A stretch of DNA of 64,000 bases. Origin: Macrostomum hystrix. Taxonomy: Eukaryota; Animalia; Platyhelminthes. The DNA is taken from the NCBI GenBank assembly GCA_950097015.1, contig CATNEN010000034.1:5952001-6016000 (forward strand). The letters are read 5' to 3'. This document shows, piece after piece, positions 48,501-62,800 of the stretch (the stretch's first letter is position 1; every line of letters begins with the position of its first letter). The translations under genes and the position numbers were made by a program. Below the pieces are notes generated by a model, which was not told the origin of the DNA, did no database searches, and saw nothing but the letters and a program-made list of their open reading frames with translations.

Positions 48501-51500
48501 TTAGCAAAATTTTTTGTTTGATAGTAAGTATAAACTTTTTAAAGCTTTCTGGGTTTTACTGAATCTTCATAGAAAAAAAGCTGTTCCGAATTTTGACAGC
48601 AATTCCCATGTCGCTTGGATTCATTAATTGTGATATTTCTACTAATTGGGTCTTTCGAGCTAAATAATAATCGTAGTTTTTTCAAGGCAGAAGTCTAAAT
48701 CACATCGCTCTAATTAATGCACGTGACATTCTTTCTATAATTTCTATAATCTGTGCTTAATTGCAGCTCTCGTTCTCTGCTCCAGCGGCCTTCTAAATAT
48801 TCAATTCACCTCATTTGCATCGCAAATGCAAAGAAAACGCTAATGCAGTGATTAAGACTGCCTCAATCGCCTGTCGTTTTGTCTTTTAAATAATTACTAT
48901 TCTACTCTGTCTCCCTATCTCCTATTCCCTTATGCACCAATCTTCCCAATCTCCTAATCTCCCCAATCTCCTAATCTCCCCAATCTACTAATCTCCCCAA
49001 TCTCCTAATCTCAAATCTCCCCAATCTCCTAATCTTCCCAATCTCCCCAATCTCCTAATCTTCCCAATCTCCCCAATCTACTAATCTCCCCAATCTCCAA
49101 ATCTTCCTAATCTCCTAATCTTCCCAGTCTCCCAATCTCCCCAATCTCCTAATCTTCCTAATCTCCTAATCTTCCGAGTCTCCCAATCTCCCCAATCTCC
49201 TAATCTCAAATCTCCCCAATCTCCTAATCTTCCCAATCTCCCCAATCTACTAATCTCCCCAATCTCCTAATCTTCCTAATCTCCTAATCTTCCCAGTCTC
49301 CCAATCTCCCCAATCTCCTAATCTTCCTAATCTCCTAATCTTCCAAAATCTCCCAATCATCTAATCTTCCCAATCACCCAAATCTCCTAATCTCCCCAAT
49401 ATCCTAATCTCCCTAATCTCCTAATCTTCCCAATCTCCTAATCTCCCCAATATCCTAATCTCCCTAATCTCCTAATCTTCCCAATCTCCTAATCTTCCGA
49501 GTCTCCCAATCTCCCCAATCTCCTAATCTCAAATCTCCCCAATCTCCTAATCTTCCCAATCTCCCCAATCTACTAATCTCCCCAATCTCCTAATCTCAAA
49601 TCTCCCCAATCTCCTAATCTTCCCAATCTCCCCAATCTACTAGTCTCCCCAATCTCCTAATCTCAAATCTCCCCAATCTCCTAATCTTCCCAATCTCCCC
49701 AATCTACTAATCTCCCCAATCTCCTAATCTTCCCAATCTCCCCAATCTACTAGTCTCCCCAATCTCCTAATCTCAAATCTCCCCAATCTCCTAATCTTCC
49801 CAATCTCCCCAATCTACTAATCTCCCCAATCTCCTAATCTTCCTAATCTCCTAATCTTCCCAGTCTCCCAATCTCCCCAATCTCCTAATCTTCCTAATCT
49901 CCTAATCTTCCAAAATCTCCCAATCTTCTAATCTTCCCAATCACCCAAATCTCCTAATCTCCCCAATATCCTAATCTCCCCAATATCCTAATCTCCCCAA
50001 TCTCCGAATTTCCCACAATCTCCTAATCTTCCCAATCTCCCCAATTCTAATCTTCCAAATATCCCCGTCTTCCAAATATCCCCGTCTTCCAAATATCCCC
50101 GTCTTTCAAATATCCCCGACTTCCTAATCTCCCAATATTCCCAATATCCCACAAAATCCCAAATATCACCCCTCGATATTCTCAAACTTCCCATACTGTT
50201 TTAGAAAATTTGATAAACACTCAAGATTAGCATCCACGAGAAGCAATTCATTCAAGTGCAAACAACTCACTTTTCTTCAGCGCTAACCAATAGGCACAGG
50301 CACAGGCACAGCTTTGCTACACACACTCAGAGTGCGTTCCTCCCGAGAGCAGGCAAGAGCTAGCTATCAGAGTACTAGTCGGACAGGGGTAACTAAGCAT
50401 GGCCTATCCTCAACCCTATACGGCTAGAGGCGAAAGCTAGGAAATGGAGAACCGACTCAGTAGGGCTGTGCGGCACTGCTCTCGAGAGGCGAAGGAGGCT
50501 GGGAGAGTGTCGTAATTGTAGGGAGCGGACCGCATAGCAACTGCGGCATGCGATCCCATCTCCATCCGAATCTCATACGCGTCACACCTGTCCCTTCGAA
50601 CTTGCACGCAGTCTCACATTTCTCTCTCCGCCGCCCTCCCCTACCCAATGTCAGTCTGCCGGAGCACGCGACGCGAGACTTCTGTTTCTAGGAAAAGTTA
50701 CTTCACCCGGAAAAAAGTAGGATAGAAAGTAATATAGAAAGACACAGAGGCGGCTGCTACTGCTGCCGAATTCTGTAAAGACAAGCCAGCAATCAAGAAA
50801 ATCTCCCTCACGCCCTCACTGAATCCGTGTTCAGGTTGACGCAAGCACACAATTCCTAGGCAACCAGGCGCCGAAGAGTGAAAAAGGGGAAAGTGGAAGA
50901 AAATAAGATGGACTCAGTAGAAGCTGTGCAGTCAGACAGGAGGAGACTTGACGGGCAGAGAGCTGCACGCGTGGGATGGAGAAGACGGGTAAGCGGAACA
51001 CAGGGGAGGAGAGGACAATTTGCATCGGGAAACACGCCTGAAACATTGATTAAGCAATACTTTCCATCCCTACGATCGACTCGAGTGTGTGTTCTCAACT
51101 TCTGCTGCCATTGGCTGGGCTCTCATCAATCATCGGCTGGGGGTAGATAAAATAGGCCGAGTTTTCCGTGTTCGATGCTCGGCCGAGATAAGTGGAGTGG
51201 ATTACTAAGCATTTGCATCGGCTTTGACAAGGCCACACGAGTTATGCTAAGCCGCTTATATAGTAAAGCAACTCGGGGATATTCCAGTCTTACAGCTTCG
51301 TCATCAATTTCGATTGGGAAAATTTATGGGATTTTGAATACTAAATACTGACTGCAATGCTTCGAACATCATCTAATCGAAAGGTCGGGAGTTCGATTCT
51401 TAGCTGAAATAAAAATATATTGCAAGCCTTTTTAAATTTGTTTTTTTATATTTCACTATCGACGTGATCGATTTAATTTTTGTGAAAACCGGAGCCACGC

Positions 51501-53765
51501 ACACGCGTACACAAGGGGATTTTACGATAAAATCCTAAAAAGATTGAGGAAAATTTTCTTCACCCGTGAAATCCCATGTGGCATGGGGAAAGAAGACGCA
51601 GAGTCCGTATTCCTCCCATAAACTGGTCGCTCTCAGCTTCCGCTAGCCGCCGCTGCTGCTGGCTGATCTCAATAAGATATGGTGAGAAAATAGTGTCGTG
51701 TCCGATTTCTCGCGGCAAGCAGCTCGCGGCGCGGTAGAGGATTGAAAGCGGAGCATTGGATGGGACTTAGTCCGAGTCCGAGCATAGTTAACATGCGCCT
51801 GTGCCGAGTCTCTCAGGGGAATGCTGTCAAAGGCGGGATGGGATGCGCATATTTAATGATAGTTCTATAGTTGGAATTTTGCGTTTAGCTTGACTAGAAG
51901 AAGGTCACAAGAATAAGATTGAAGAAATGCCAAATATAGAAGAAATGAATGGGGGTCATAAATTGTTTACAATGAAACAAAATAGTTCAGATGTGACCGA
52001 ATATATGATAATTGCATCCACATTGACTGAAAGATACATTTATTAAAATAATTGAGAAGCCCTGTATTTATTACTTTCATTATTTCTAACCTTAATTTCC
52101 CTTATCAAAGACGTACAGATTAGAACTCCTAGAGGCGAGAGATAAAAATACGCATGTACATTTAATGTACACTGAACACCCCAACCAATCATAAATCAGA
52201 GCATCCAAGTTAGAGAGATAAGAATCCTAACTTCGTGCAAATAAAGAATTAGACTTTAAATCATGTCAGAACTCCCTTGATATGAAATTTCAGCCACCTG
52301 GGTTGGTGGCGGCTACATCAATGGGACGGCCGAAATCGTGTTCAACCCAGCCTTCGGCCTGGTGTGGGCGCTGGCTCCATTCGGCTACGCGCTCAGTCTG
52401 GTTCTTGGTGCGTTCAGTTCAATTGTGAAAGTGAATCGGTTAGGCTAACTGTTAGACAGATATGGCTAGCTGTTAGACAGGAGTGGCTAGCTGTTAGATA
52501 GAAGCGGCTAGCTGTTAGACGAAAGTGGCTAGCTGTTACACATAAGTAGGCTAGCTGTTAGACATAAGTGGCTAGCTGTTACACATAAGTAGGCTAGCTG
52601 TTAGACATAAGTAGGCTAGCTGTTAGACAGAAGTGGCTAGCTGTTACACATAAGTAGGCTAGCTGTTAGACATAAGTGGCTAGCTGTTACACATAAGGCT
52701 AGCTGTTAGACAGAAGTGGCTAGCTGTTACACATAAGTAGGCTAGCTGTTAGACAGAAGTGGCTAGCTGTTACACATAAGTAGGCTAGCTGTTAGACAGA
52801 AGTGGCTAGCTGTTACACATAAGTAGGCTAGCTGTTAGACAGAAGTGGCTAGCTGTTAGATATAAGTAGACTAGCTGTTAGACAGAAGTGGCTATAGTGG
52901 TTAGACAGGAGTGGCTAGCTGTTAGACAGAAGTGGCTAGCTGTTAGACAGTGTCATTGTTAATGCTTTCACTGTCACCAAGACAACGATTTGATTAACCT
53001 TGATTAAATAATTTTTTCTTAACTAGGCGGACTATTTTTCGCAGCCAAGATGCGAACTCAGGGCTACGTTACCATGCTGGATCCGTTCCAGTACAAGTAT
53101 GGCGAGAGAATGTGCGGCCTGCTGTTTGTTCCCGCTCTTCTAGGAGAAGTGTTCTGGTCCGCCGCCATTCTGTCTGCCCTGGGTGAGTTAAAAGTGGATT
53201 ATACGAGCGTATAAGATATATTGACGCTATTCAGATATCTGTACATCCTAAACAAATATTATTTATTAATAATTAACTGTTAGACAGAGATGTGCACATG
53301 TTAGAAGATATGTGTACATGTTAGACAGATATGCGTAAATGTTAGACAGAGATGTGAACATGTTAGAAGATATGTGTACATGTTAGACAGAGATGGGTGC
53401 ATGTTAGACAGATATGTGTGCATGTTAGACAGAGATGTGTACATGTTAGACAGATATGTGTGCATGTTAGACAGAGATGTGTACATGTTAGACAGAGATG
53501 TGTACATGTTAGACAGATATCTGTGCATGTTAGACAGATATGTGTGCATGTTAGACAGAGATGCATATATTGTAGACAGGTGTACATGTGAGACAAAAAT
53601 GTGCTCTAAATTTCAGGTGCCACGCTGGAGGTAATTCTGAGCATGGGCAACACGGAGTCGGTAATTGTGTCAGCCTGCATCGCACTCGGCTACACCCTAT
53701 TCGGAGGACTGTACTCGGTGGCCTACACCGATGTAGTGCAGCTGTTCTGCATCTTCTTCGGACTC
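42536..53765 (+). CDS. SLC5A7: High-affinity choline transporter CHT1, 5' part only; join(42536..42710,52294..52407,53027..53182,53617..>53765), 198 aa; continues beyond the window
   Basis: [15 protein letters not shown]|[36 protein letters not shown] and [18 protein letters not shown] match SLC5A7. GT-AG introns with phases 1,1,1,0. Exons 2-4 are absent from the ORF track. Confidence 0.95.
42795..48475. repeat. About 5.7-kb 23-bp satellite (GATTTGAGATGAGATTGTGGATG)n in SLC5A7 intron 1
   Basis: Directly visible; the unit has no stop codon in any minus-strand frame, hence the 1906-aa pseudo-ORF. Confidence 0.98.
48945..50150. repeat. C-rich 9-bp-subunit repeat (CCAATCTCC / CTAATCTTC) in SLC5A7 intron 1
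   Basis: Directly visible. Confidence 0.95.
52445..52950. repeat. 21-22 bp repeat (GGCTAGCTGTTAGACAGAAGT)n in SLC5A7 intron 2
   Basis: Directly visible. Confidence 0.95.
53275..53590. repeat. 21-bp repeat (TGTTAGACAGAGATGTGTACA)n in SLC5A7 intron 3
   Basis: Directly visible. Confidence 0.95.
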
Positions 53766-53857
53766 GTGAGCTAATTTATACTCGTATGAATTATTCTAGT
53801 TTGACAGTGGTCATTCAGTTTCTCATTTGATTCATAATACTCGTAATTAATCATTCA

Positions 53858-56800
53858 GAATGAATTATCCCATTCCAATTCTGAATGATCCCAATCCAAT
53901 TCTGAATGATCCCATTCCCGATTCTGAATGATTTCATTCCCGATTCTGAATGATTCCATTCCCGATTCTGAATGATCCCATTCCCGATTCTGAATAATCC
54001 CATTCCAATTCTGAATAATCCCATTCCAATTCTGAATAATCCCATTCCCGATTCTGAATAATCCCATTCCAATTCTGAATAATCCCATTCCAATTCTGAA
54101 TAATCCCATTCCCGATTCTGAATGATTCCATTCCCGATTCTGAATGATTCCATTCCCGATTCTGAATGATTCCATTCCCGATTCTGAATGATTCCATTCC
54201 CGATTCTGAATGATTCCATTCCCGATTCTGAATGATCCCATTCCCGATTCTGAATAATCCCATTCCGATTCTGAATGATTCCATTCCCGATTCTGAATGA
54301 TTCCATTCCCGATTCTGAATGATTCCATTCCCGATTCTGAATGATTCCATTCCCGATTCTGAATGATTCCATTCCCGATTCGGAATGATCCCATTCCCGA
54401 TTCTGAATAATCCCATTCCGATTCTGAATGATTCCATTCCCGATTCTGAATGTTTCCATTCCCGATTCTGAATGATTCCATTCCCGATTCTGAATGATTC
54501 CATTCCCGATTCTGAATGATCACATTCCCGATTCTGAATAATCCCATTCCAATTCTGAATGATTCCATTCCCGATTCTGAATGATTCCATTCCCGATTCT
54601 GAATGATTCCATTCCCGATTCTGAATGATTCCATTCCCGATTCTGAATGATTCCATTCCCGATTCTGAATGATTCCATTCCCGATTCTGAATGATTCCAT
54701 TCCCGATTCTGAATGATTCCATTCCCGATTCTGAATGATTCCATTCCCGATTCTGAATGATTCCATTCCCGATTCTGAATGATTCCATTCCCGATTCTGA
54801 ATGATTCCATTCCCGATTCTGAATGATTCCATTCCCGATTCTGAATGATTCCATTCCCGATTCTGAATGATTCCATTCCCGATTCTGAATGATTCCATTC
54901 CCGATTCTGAATGATTCCATTCCCGATTCTGAATGATTCCATTCCCGATTCTGAATGATTCCATTCCCGATTCTGAATGATTCCATTCCCGATTCTGAAT
55001 GATTCCATTCCAATTCTGAATGATTCCATTCCCGATTCTGAATGATTCCATTCCCGATTCTGAATGATTCCATTCCCGATTCTGAATGATTCCATTCCCG
55101 ATTCTGAATGATTCCATTCCCGATTCTGAATGATTCCATTCCCGATTCTGAATGATTCCATTCCCGATTCTGAATGATTCCATTCCCGATTCTGAATGAT
55201 TCCATTCCAATTCTGAATGATTCCATTCCCGATTCTGAATGATTCCATTCCCGATTCTGAATGATTCCATTCCCGATTCTGAATGATTTCATTCCCGATT
55301 CTGAATGATTCCATTCCCGATTCTGAATGATCCCATTCCAATTCTGAATAATCCCATTCCATATCTGAATGATCGCATTCCATATCTGAATGATCCCATT
55401 CCCGATTCTGAATGATTCCATTCCCGATTCTGAATAATCCCATTCCATATCTGAATGATCGCATTCCATATCTGAATGATCCCATTCCCGATTCTGAATG
55501 ATTCCATTCCCGATTCTGAATGATTCCATTCCCGATTCTGAATGATTCCATTCCCGATTCTGAATGATTCCATTCCCGATTCTGAATAATCCCATTCCAT
55601 ATCTGAATGATCCCATTCCCGATTCTGAATGATTCCATTCCCGATTCTGAATAATCCCATTCCAATTCTGAATGATCACATTCCATATCTGAATGATCTC
55701 TGAATGATCGCATTCCATATCTGAATGATCCCATTCCCGATTCTGAATGATTCCATTCCCGATTCTGAATGATTCCATTCCCGATTCTGAATGATTCCAT
55801 TCCCGATTCTGAATGATTCCATTCCCGATTCTGAATGATTCCATTCCCGATTCTGAATGATTCCATTCCCGATTCTGAATGATTCCATTCCCGATTCTGA
55901 ATGATTCCATTCCAATTCTGAATGATTCCATTCCCGATTCTGAATGATTCCATTCCCGATTCTGAATGATTCCATTCCCGATTCTGAATGATTCCATTCC
56001 CGATTCTGAATGATTCCATTCCCGATTCTGAATGATTCCATTCCCGATTCTGAATGATTCCATTCCCGATTCTGAATGATTCCATTCCCGATTCTGAATG
56101 ATTCCATTCCCGATTCTGAATGATTCCATTCCAATTCTGAATGATTCCATTCCCGATTCTGAATGATTCCATTCCCGATTCTGAATGATTCCATTCCCGA
56201 TTCTGAATGATTTCATTCCCGATTCTGAATGATTCCATTCCTGATTCTGAATGATTCCATTCCCGATTCTGAATGATTCCATTCCCGATTCTGAATGATT
56301 CCATTCCCGATTCTGAATGATTCCATTCCCGATTCTGAATGATTCCATTCCCGATTCTGAATGATTCCATTCCCGATTCTGAATGATTCCATTCCCGATT
56401 CTGAATGATTTCATTCCCGATTCTGAATGATTCCATTCCCGATTCTGAATGATCCCATTCCAATTCTGAATAATCCCATTCCATATCTGAATGATCGCAT
56501 TCCATATCTGAATGATCCCATTCCCGATTCTGAATGATTCCATTCCCGATTCTGAATGATTCCATTCCCGATTCTGAATGATTCCATTCCCGATTCTGAA
56601 TAATCCCATTCCAATTCTGAATAATCCCATTCCATATCTGAATGATCGCATTCCATATCTGAATGATCCCATTCCCGATTCTGAATGATTCCATTCCCGA
56701 TTCTGAATGATCCCATTCCAATTCTGAATAATCCCATTCCATATCTGAATGATCGCATTCCATATCTGAATGATCCCATTCCCGATTCTGAATGATTCCA

Positions 56801-59800
56801 TTCCCGATTCTGAATGATTCCATTCCCGATTCTGAATGATTCCATTCCCGATTCTGAATAATCCCATTCCAATTCTGAATAATCCCATTCCATATCTGAA
56901 TGATCCCATTCCCGATTCTGAATGATTCCATTCCCGATTCTGAATGATTCCATTCCCGATTCTGAATGATTCCATTCCCGATTCTGAATGATTCCATTCC
57001 CGATTCTGAATAATCCCATTCCAATTCTGAATAATCCCATTCCATATCTGAATGATCGCATTCCATATCTGAATGATCCCATTCCTGATTCTGAATGATT
57101 CCATTCCAATTCTGAATGATCACATTCTAATTATAAATGATTAATTCCATATCTGAATGATCCCATTCCAATTCTGAATAATCCCATTCCAATTCTGAAT
57201 AATCCCATTCCATATCTGAATGATCGCATTCCATATCTGAATGATCGCATTCCATATCTGAATGATCGCATTCCATATCTGAATGATCCCATTCCCGATT
57301 CTGAATAATCCCATTCCAATTCTGAATAATCCCATTCCAATTCTGAATAATCCCATTCAAATTCTGAATAATCCCATTCCAATTCTGAATAATCCCATTC
57401 CCGATTCTGAATGATTCCATTCCCGATTCTGAATGATTCCATTCCCGATTCTGAATGATTCCATTCCCGATTCTGAATGATTCCATTCCCGATTCTGAAT
57501 GATTCCATTCCCGATTCTGAATAATCCCATTCCAATTCTGAATAATCCCATTCCATATCTGAATGATCTCTGAATGATCGCATTCCATATCTGAATGATC
57601 TCATTCCCGATTCTGAATGATTCCATTCCCGATTCTGAATGATTCCATTCCCGATTCTGAATGATTCCATTCCCGATTCTGAATGATTCCATTCCCGATT
57701 CTGAATGATTCCATTCCCGATTCTGAATGATTCCATTCCCGATTCTGAATGATTCCATTCCCGATTCTGAATGATTCCATTCCCGATTCTGAATGATTCC
57801 ATTCCCGATTCTGAATGATTCCATTCCAATTCTGAATGATTCCATTCCCGATACTGAATGATTTCATTCCCGATTCTGAATGATTCCATTCCCGATTCTG
57901 AATGATTCCATTCCCGATTCTGAATGATTCCATTCCCGATTCTGAATGATTCCATTCCCGATTCTGAATGATTCCATTCCCGATTCTGAATGATTCCATT
58001 CCCGATTCTGAATGATTTCATTCCCGATTCTGAATGATTCCATTCCCGATTCTGAATGATTCCATTCCCGATTCTGAATGATTCCATTCCCGATTCTGAA
58101 TGATTCCATTCCCGATTCTGAATGATTCCATTCCCGATTCTGAATGATTCCATTCCCGATTCTGAATGATTTCATTCCCGATTCTGAATGATCGCATTCC
58201 ATATCTGAATGATCCCATTCCCGATTCTGAATGATTCCATTCCCGATTCTGAATGATTCCATTCCCGATTCTGAATGATTCCATTCCCGATTCTGAATAA
58301 TCCCATTCCAATTCTGAATAATCCCATTCCATATCTGAATGATCGCATTCCATATCTGAATAATCCCATTCCCGATTCTGAATGATCCCATTCCCGATTC
58401 TGAATGATCCCATTCCCGATTCTGAATGATTCCATTCCCGATTCTGAATGATTCCATTCCCGATTCTGAATGATTCCATTCCCGATTCTGAATGATTCCA
58501 TTCCCGATTCTGAATGATTCCATTCCCGATTCTGAATGATTCCATTCCCGATTCTGAATGATTCCATTCCCGATTCTGAATGATTCCATTCCCGATTCTG
58601 AATGATTTCATTCCCGATTCTGAATGATTCCATTCCTGATTCTGAATGATTCCATTCCCGATTCTGAATGATTCCATTCCCGATTCTGAATGATTCCATT
58701 CCCGATTCTGAATGATTCCATTCCCGATTCTGAATGATTCCATTCCCGATTCTGAATGATTCCATTCCCGATTCTGAATGATTCCATTCCCGATTCTGAA
58801 TGATTTCATTCCCGATTCTGAATGATTCCATTCCCGATTCTGAATGATCCCATTCCAATTCTGAATAATCCCATTCCATATCTGAATGATCGCATTCCAT
58901 ATCTGAATGATCCCATTCCCGATTCTGAATGATTCCATTCCCGATTCTGAATGATTCCATTCCCGATTCTGAATGATTCCATTCCCGATTCTGAATAATC
59001 CCATTCCAATTCTGAATAATCCCATTCCATATCTGAATGATCGCATTCCATATCTGAATGATCCCATTCCCGATTCTGAATGATTCCATTCCCGATTCTG
59101 AATGATCCCATTCCAATTCTGAATAATCCCATTCCATATCTGAATGATCGCATTCCATATCTGAATGATCCCATTCCCGATTCTGAATGATTCCATTCCC
59201 GATTCTGAATGATTCCATTCCCGATTCTGAATGATTCCATTCCCGATTCTGAATAATCCCATTCCAATTCTGAATAATCCCATTCCATATCTGAATGATC
59301 CCATTCCCGATTCTGAATGATTCCATTCCCGATTCTGAATGATTCCATTCCCGATTCTGAATGATTCCATTCCCGATTCTGAATGATTCCATTCCCGATT
59401 CTGAATAATCCCATTCCAATTCTGAATAATCCCATTCCATATCTGAATGATCGCATTCCATATCTGAATGATCCCATTCCTGATTCTGAATGATTCCATT
59501 CCAATTCTGAATGATCACATTCTAATTATAAATGATTAATTCCATATCTGAATGATCCCATTCCAATTCTGAATAATCCCATTCCAATTCTGAATAATCC
59601 CATTCCATATCTGAATGATCGCATTCCATATCTGAATGATCGCATTCCATATCTGAATGATCGCATTCCATATCTGAATGATCCCATTCCCGATTCTGAA
59701 TAATCCCATTCCAATTCTGAATAATCCCATTCCAATTCTGAATAATCCCATTCAAATTCTGAATAATCCCATTCCAATTCTGAATAATCCCATTCCCGAT

Positions 59801-62800
59801 TCTGAATGATTCCATTCCCGATTCTGAATGATTCCATTCCCGATTCTGAATGATTCCATTCCCGATTCTGAATGATTCCATTCCCGATTCTGAATGATTC
59901 CATTCCCGATTCTGAATAATCCCATTCCAATTCTGAATAATCCCATTCCATATCTGAATGATCTCTGAATGATCGCATTCCATATCTGAATGATCTCATT
60001 CCCGATTCTGAATGATTCCATTCCCGATTCTGAATGATTCCATTCCCGATTCTGAATGATTCCATTCCCGATTCTGAATGATTCCATTCCCGATTCTGAA
60101 TGATTCCATTCCCGATTCTGAATGATTCCATTCCCGATTCTGAATGATTCCATTCCCGATTCTGAATGATTCCATTCCCGATTCTGAATGATTCCATTCC
60201 CGATTCTGAATGATTCCATTCCAATTCTGAATGATTCCATTCCCGATTCTGAATGATTTCATTCCCGATTCTGAATGATTCCATTCCCGATTCTGAATGA
60301 TTCCATTCCCGATTCTGAATGATTCCATTCCCGATTCTGAATGATTCCATTCCCGATTCTGAATGATTCCATTCCCGATTCTGAATGATTCCATTCCCGA
60401 TTCTGAATGATTTCATTCCCGATTCTGAATGATTCCATTCCCGATTCTGAATGATTCCATTCCCGATTCTGAATGATTCCATTCCCGATTCTGAATGATT
60501 CCATTCCCGATTCTGAATGATTCCATTCCCGATTCTGAATGATTCCATTCCCGATTCTGAATGATTCCATTCCCGATTCTGAATGATCGCATTCCATATC
60601 TGAATGATCCCATTCCCGATTCTGAATGATTCCATTCCTGATTCTGAATGATTCCATTCCCGATTCTGAATGATTCCATTCCCGATTCTGAATAATCCCA
60701 TTCCAATTCTGAATAATCCCATTCCATATCTGAATGATCGCATTCCATATCTGAATAATCCCATTCCCGATTCTGAATGATCCCATTCCCGATTCTGAAT
60801 GATTCCATTCCCGATTCTGAATGATCCCATTCCAATTCTGAATAATCCCATTCCATATCTGAATGATCGCATTCCATATCTGAATGATCCCATTCCCGAT
60901 TCTGAATGATTCCATTCCCGATTCTGAATGATTCCATTCCCGATTCTGAATAATCCCATTCCAATTCTGAATAATCCCATTCCATATCTGAATGATCCCA
61001 TTCCATATCTGAATGATCCCATTCCCGATTCTGAATGATTCCATTCCCGATTCTGAATGATTCCATTCCCGATTCTGAATGATTCCATTCCCGATTCTGA
61101 ATGATTCCATTCCCGATTCTGAATGATTCCATTCCCGATTCTGAATAATCCCATTCCAATTCTGAATAATCCCATTCCAATTCTGAATAATCCCATTCCA
61201 ATTTTGAATAATCCCATTCCAATTCTGAATAATCCCATTCCCGATTCTGAATGATTCCATTCCCGATTCTGAATGATTCCATTCCCGATTCTGAATGATT
61301 CCATTCCCGATTCTGAATGATTCCATTCCCGATTCTGAATAATCCCATTCCAATTCTGAATAATCCCATTCCAATTCTGAATGATCTCTGAATGATCCCA
61401 TTCCAATTCTGAATAATCCCATTCCAATTCTGAATAATCCCATTCCATATCTGAATGATCGCATTCCATATCTGAATGATCCCATTCCCGATTCTGAATG
61501 ATTCCATTCCCGATTCTGAATGATTCCATTCCCGATTCTGAATGATTCCATTCCCGATTCTGAATGATTCCATTCCCGATTCTGAATGATTCCATTCCCG
61601 ATTCTGAATGATTTCATTCCCGATTCTGAATGATCCCATTCCCGATTCTGAATGATTCCATTCCCGATTCTGAATGATTCCATTCCCGATTCTGAATGAT
61701 TCCATTCCCGATTCTGAATGATTCCATTCCCGATTCTGAATAATCCCATTCCAATTCTGAATAATCCCATTCCATATCTGAATGATCGCATTCCATATCT
61801 GAATGATCCCATTCCCGATTCTGAATGATTCCATTCCCGATTCTGAATGATTCCATTCCCGATTCTGAATAATCCCATTCCAATTCTGAATAATCCCATT
61901 CCATATCTGAATGATCTCTGAATGATCGCATTCCATATCTGAATGATTCCATTCCCGATTCTGAATGATTTCATTCCCGATTCTGAATGATTCCATTCCC
62001 GATTCTGAATGATTCCATTCCCGATTCTGAATGATCCCATTCCAATTCTGAATAATCCCATTCCATATCTGAATGATCGCATTCCATATCTGAATGATCC
62101 CATTCCCGATTCTGAATGATTCCATTCCCGATTCTGAATGATTCCATTCCCGATTCTGAATGATTCCATTCCCGATTCTGAATAATCCCATTCCAATTCT
62201 GAATAATCCCATTCCATATCTGAATGATCGCATTCCATATCTGAATGATCCCATTCCCGATTCTGAATGATTCCATTCCCGATTCTGAATGATCCCATTC
62301 CAATTCTGAATAATCCCATTCCATATCTGAATGATCGCATTCCATATCTGAATGATCCCATTCCCGATTCTGAATGATTCCATTCCCGATTCTGAATGAT
62401 CCCATTCCCGATTCTGAATGATTCCATTCCCGATTCTGAATGATTCCATTCCCGATTCTGAATGATTCCATTCCCGATTCTGAATAATCCCATTCCAATT
62501 CTGAATAATCCCATTCCATATCTGAATGATCCCATTCCCGATTCTGAATGATTCCATTCCCGATTCTGAATGATTCCATTCCCGATTCTGAATGATTCCA
62601 TTCCCGATTCTGAATGATTCCATTCCCGATTCTGAATGATTCCATTCCCGATTCTGAATGATTCCATTCCCGATTCTGAATGATTCCATTCCCGATTCTG
62701 AATAATCCCATTCCAATTCTGAATAATCCCATTCCATATCTGAATGATCGCATTCCATATCTGAATGATCCCATTCCCGATTCTGAATGATTCCATTCCA

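Noticed and set aside
42787-48507. 1906-aa, 1503-aa and related minus-strand ORFs ([23 protein letters not shown] repeats)
   Set aside because: Pure translation of a 23-bp satellite lacking stops on that strand; all three frames are open, it lies antisense in an intron, and indels switch frames freely.
51370-51410. tRNA T-loop/B-box-like GGTCGGGAGTTCGATTC (similar motif near 25452)
   Set aside because: No acceptor stem or full cloverleaf could be built; at most a decayed SINE head.
50200-51900. GC-richer unique block in SLC5A7 intron 1 with 63-90 aa ORFs
   Set aside because: No protein motif, TIR, LTR or TSD could be established by eye; left unannotated.
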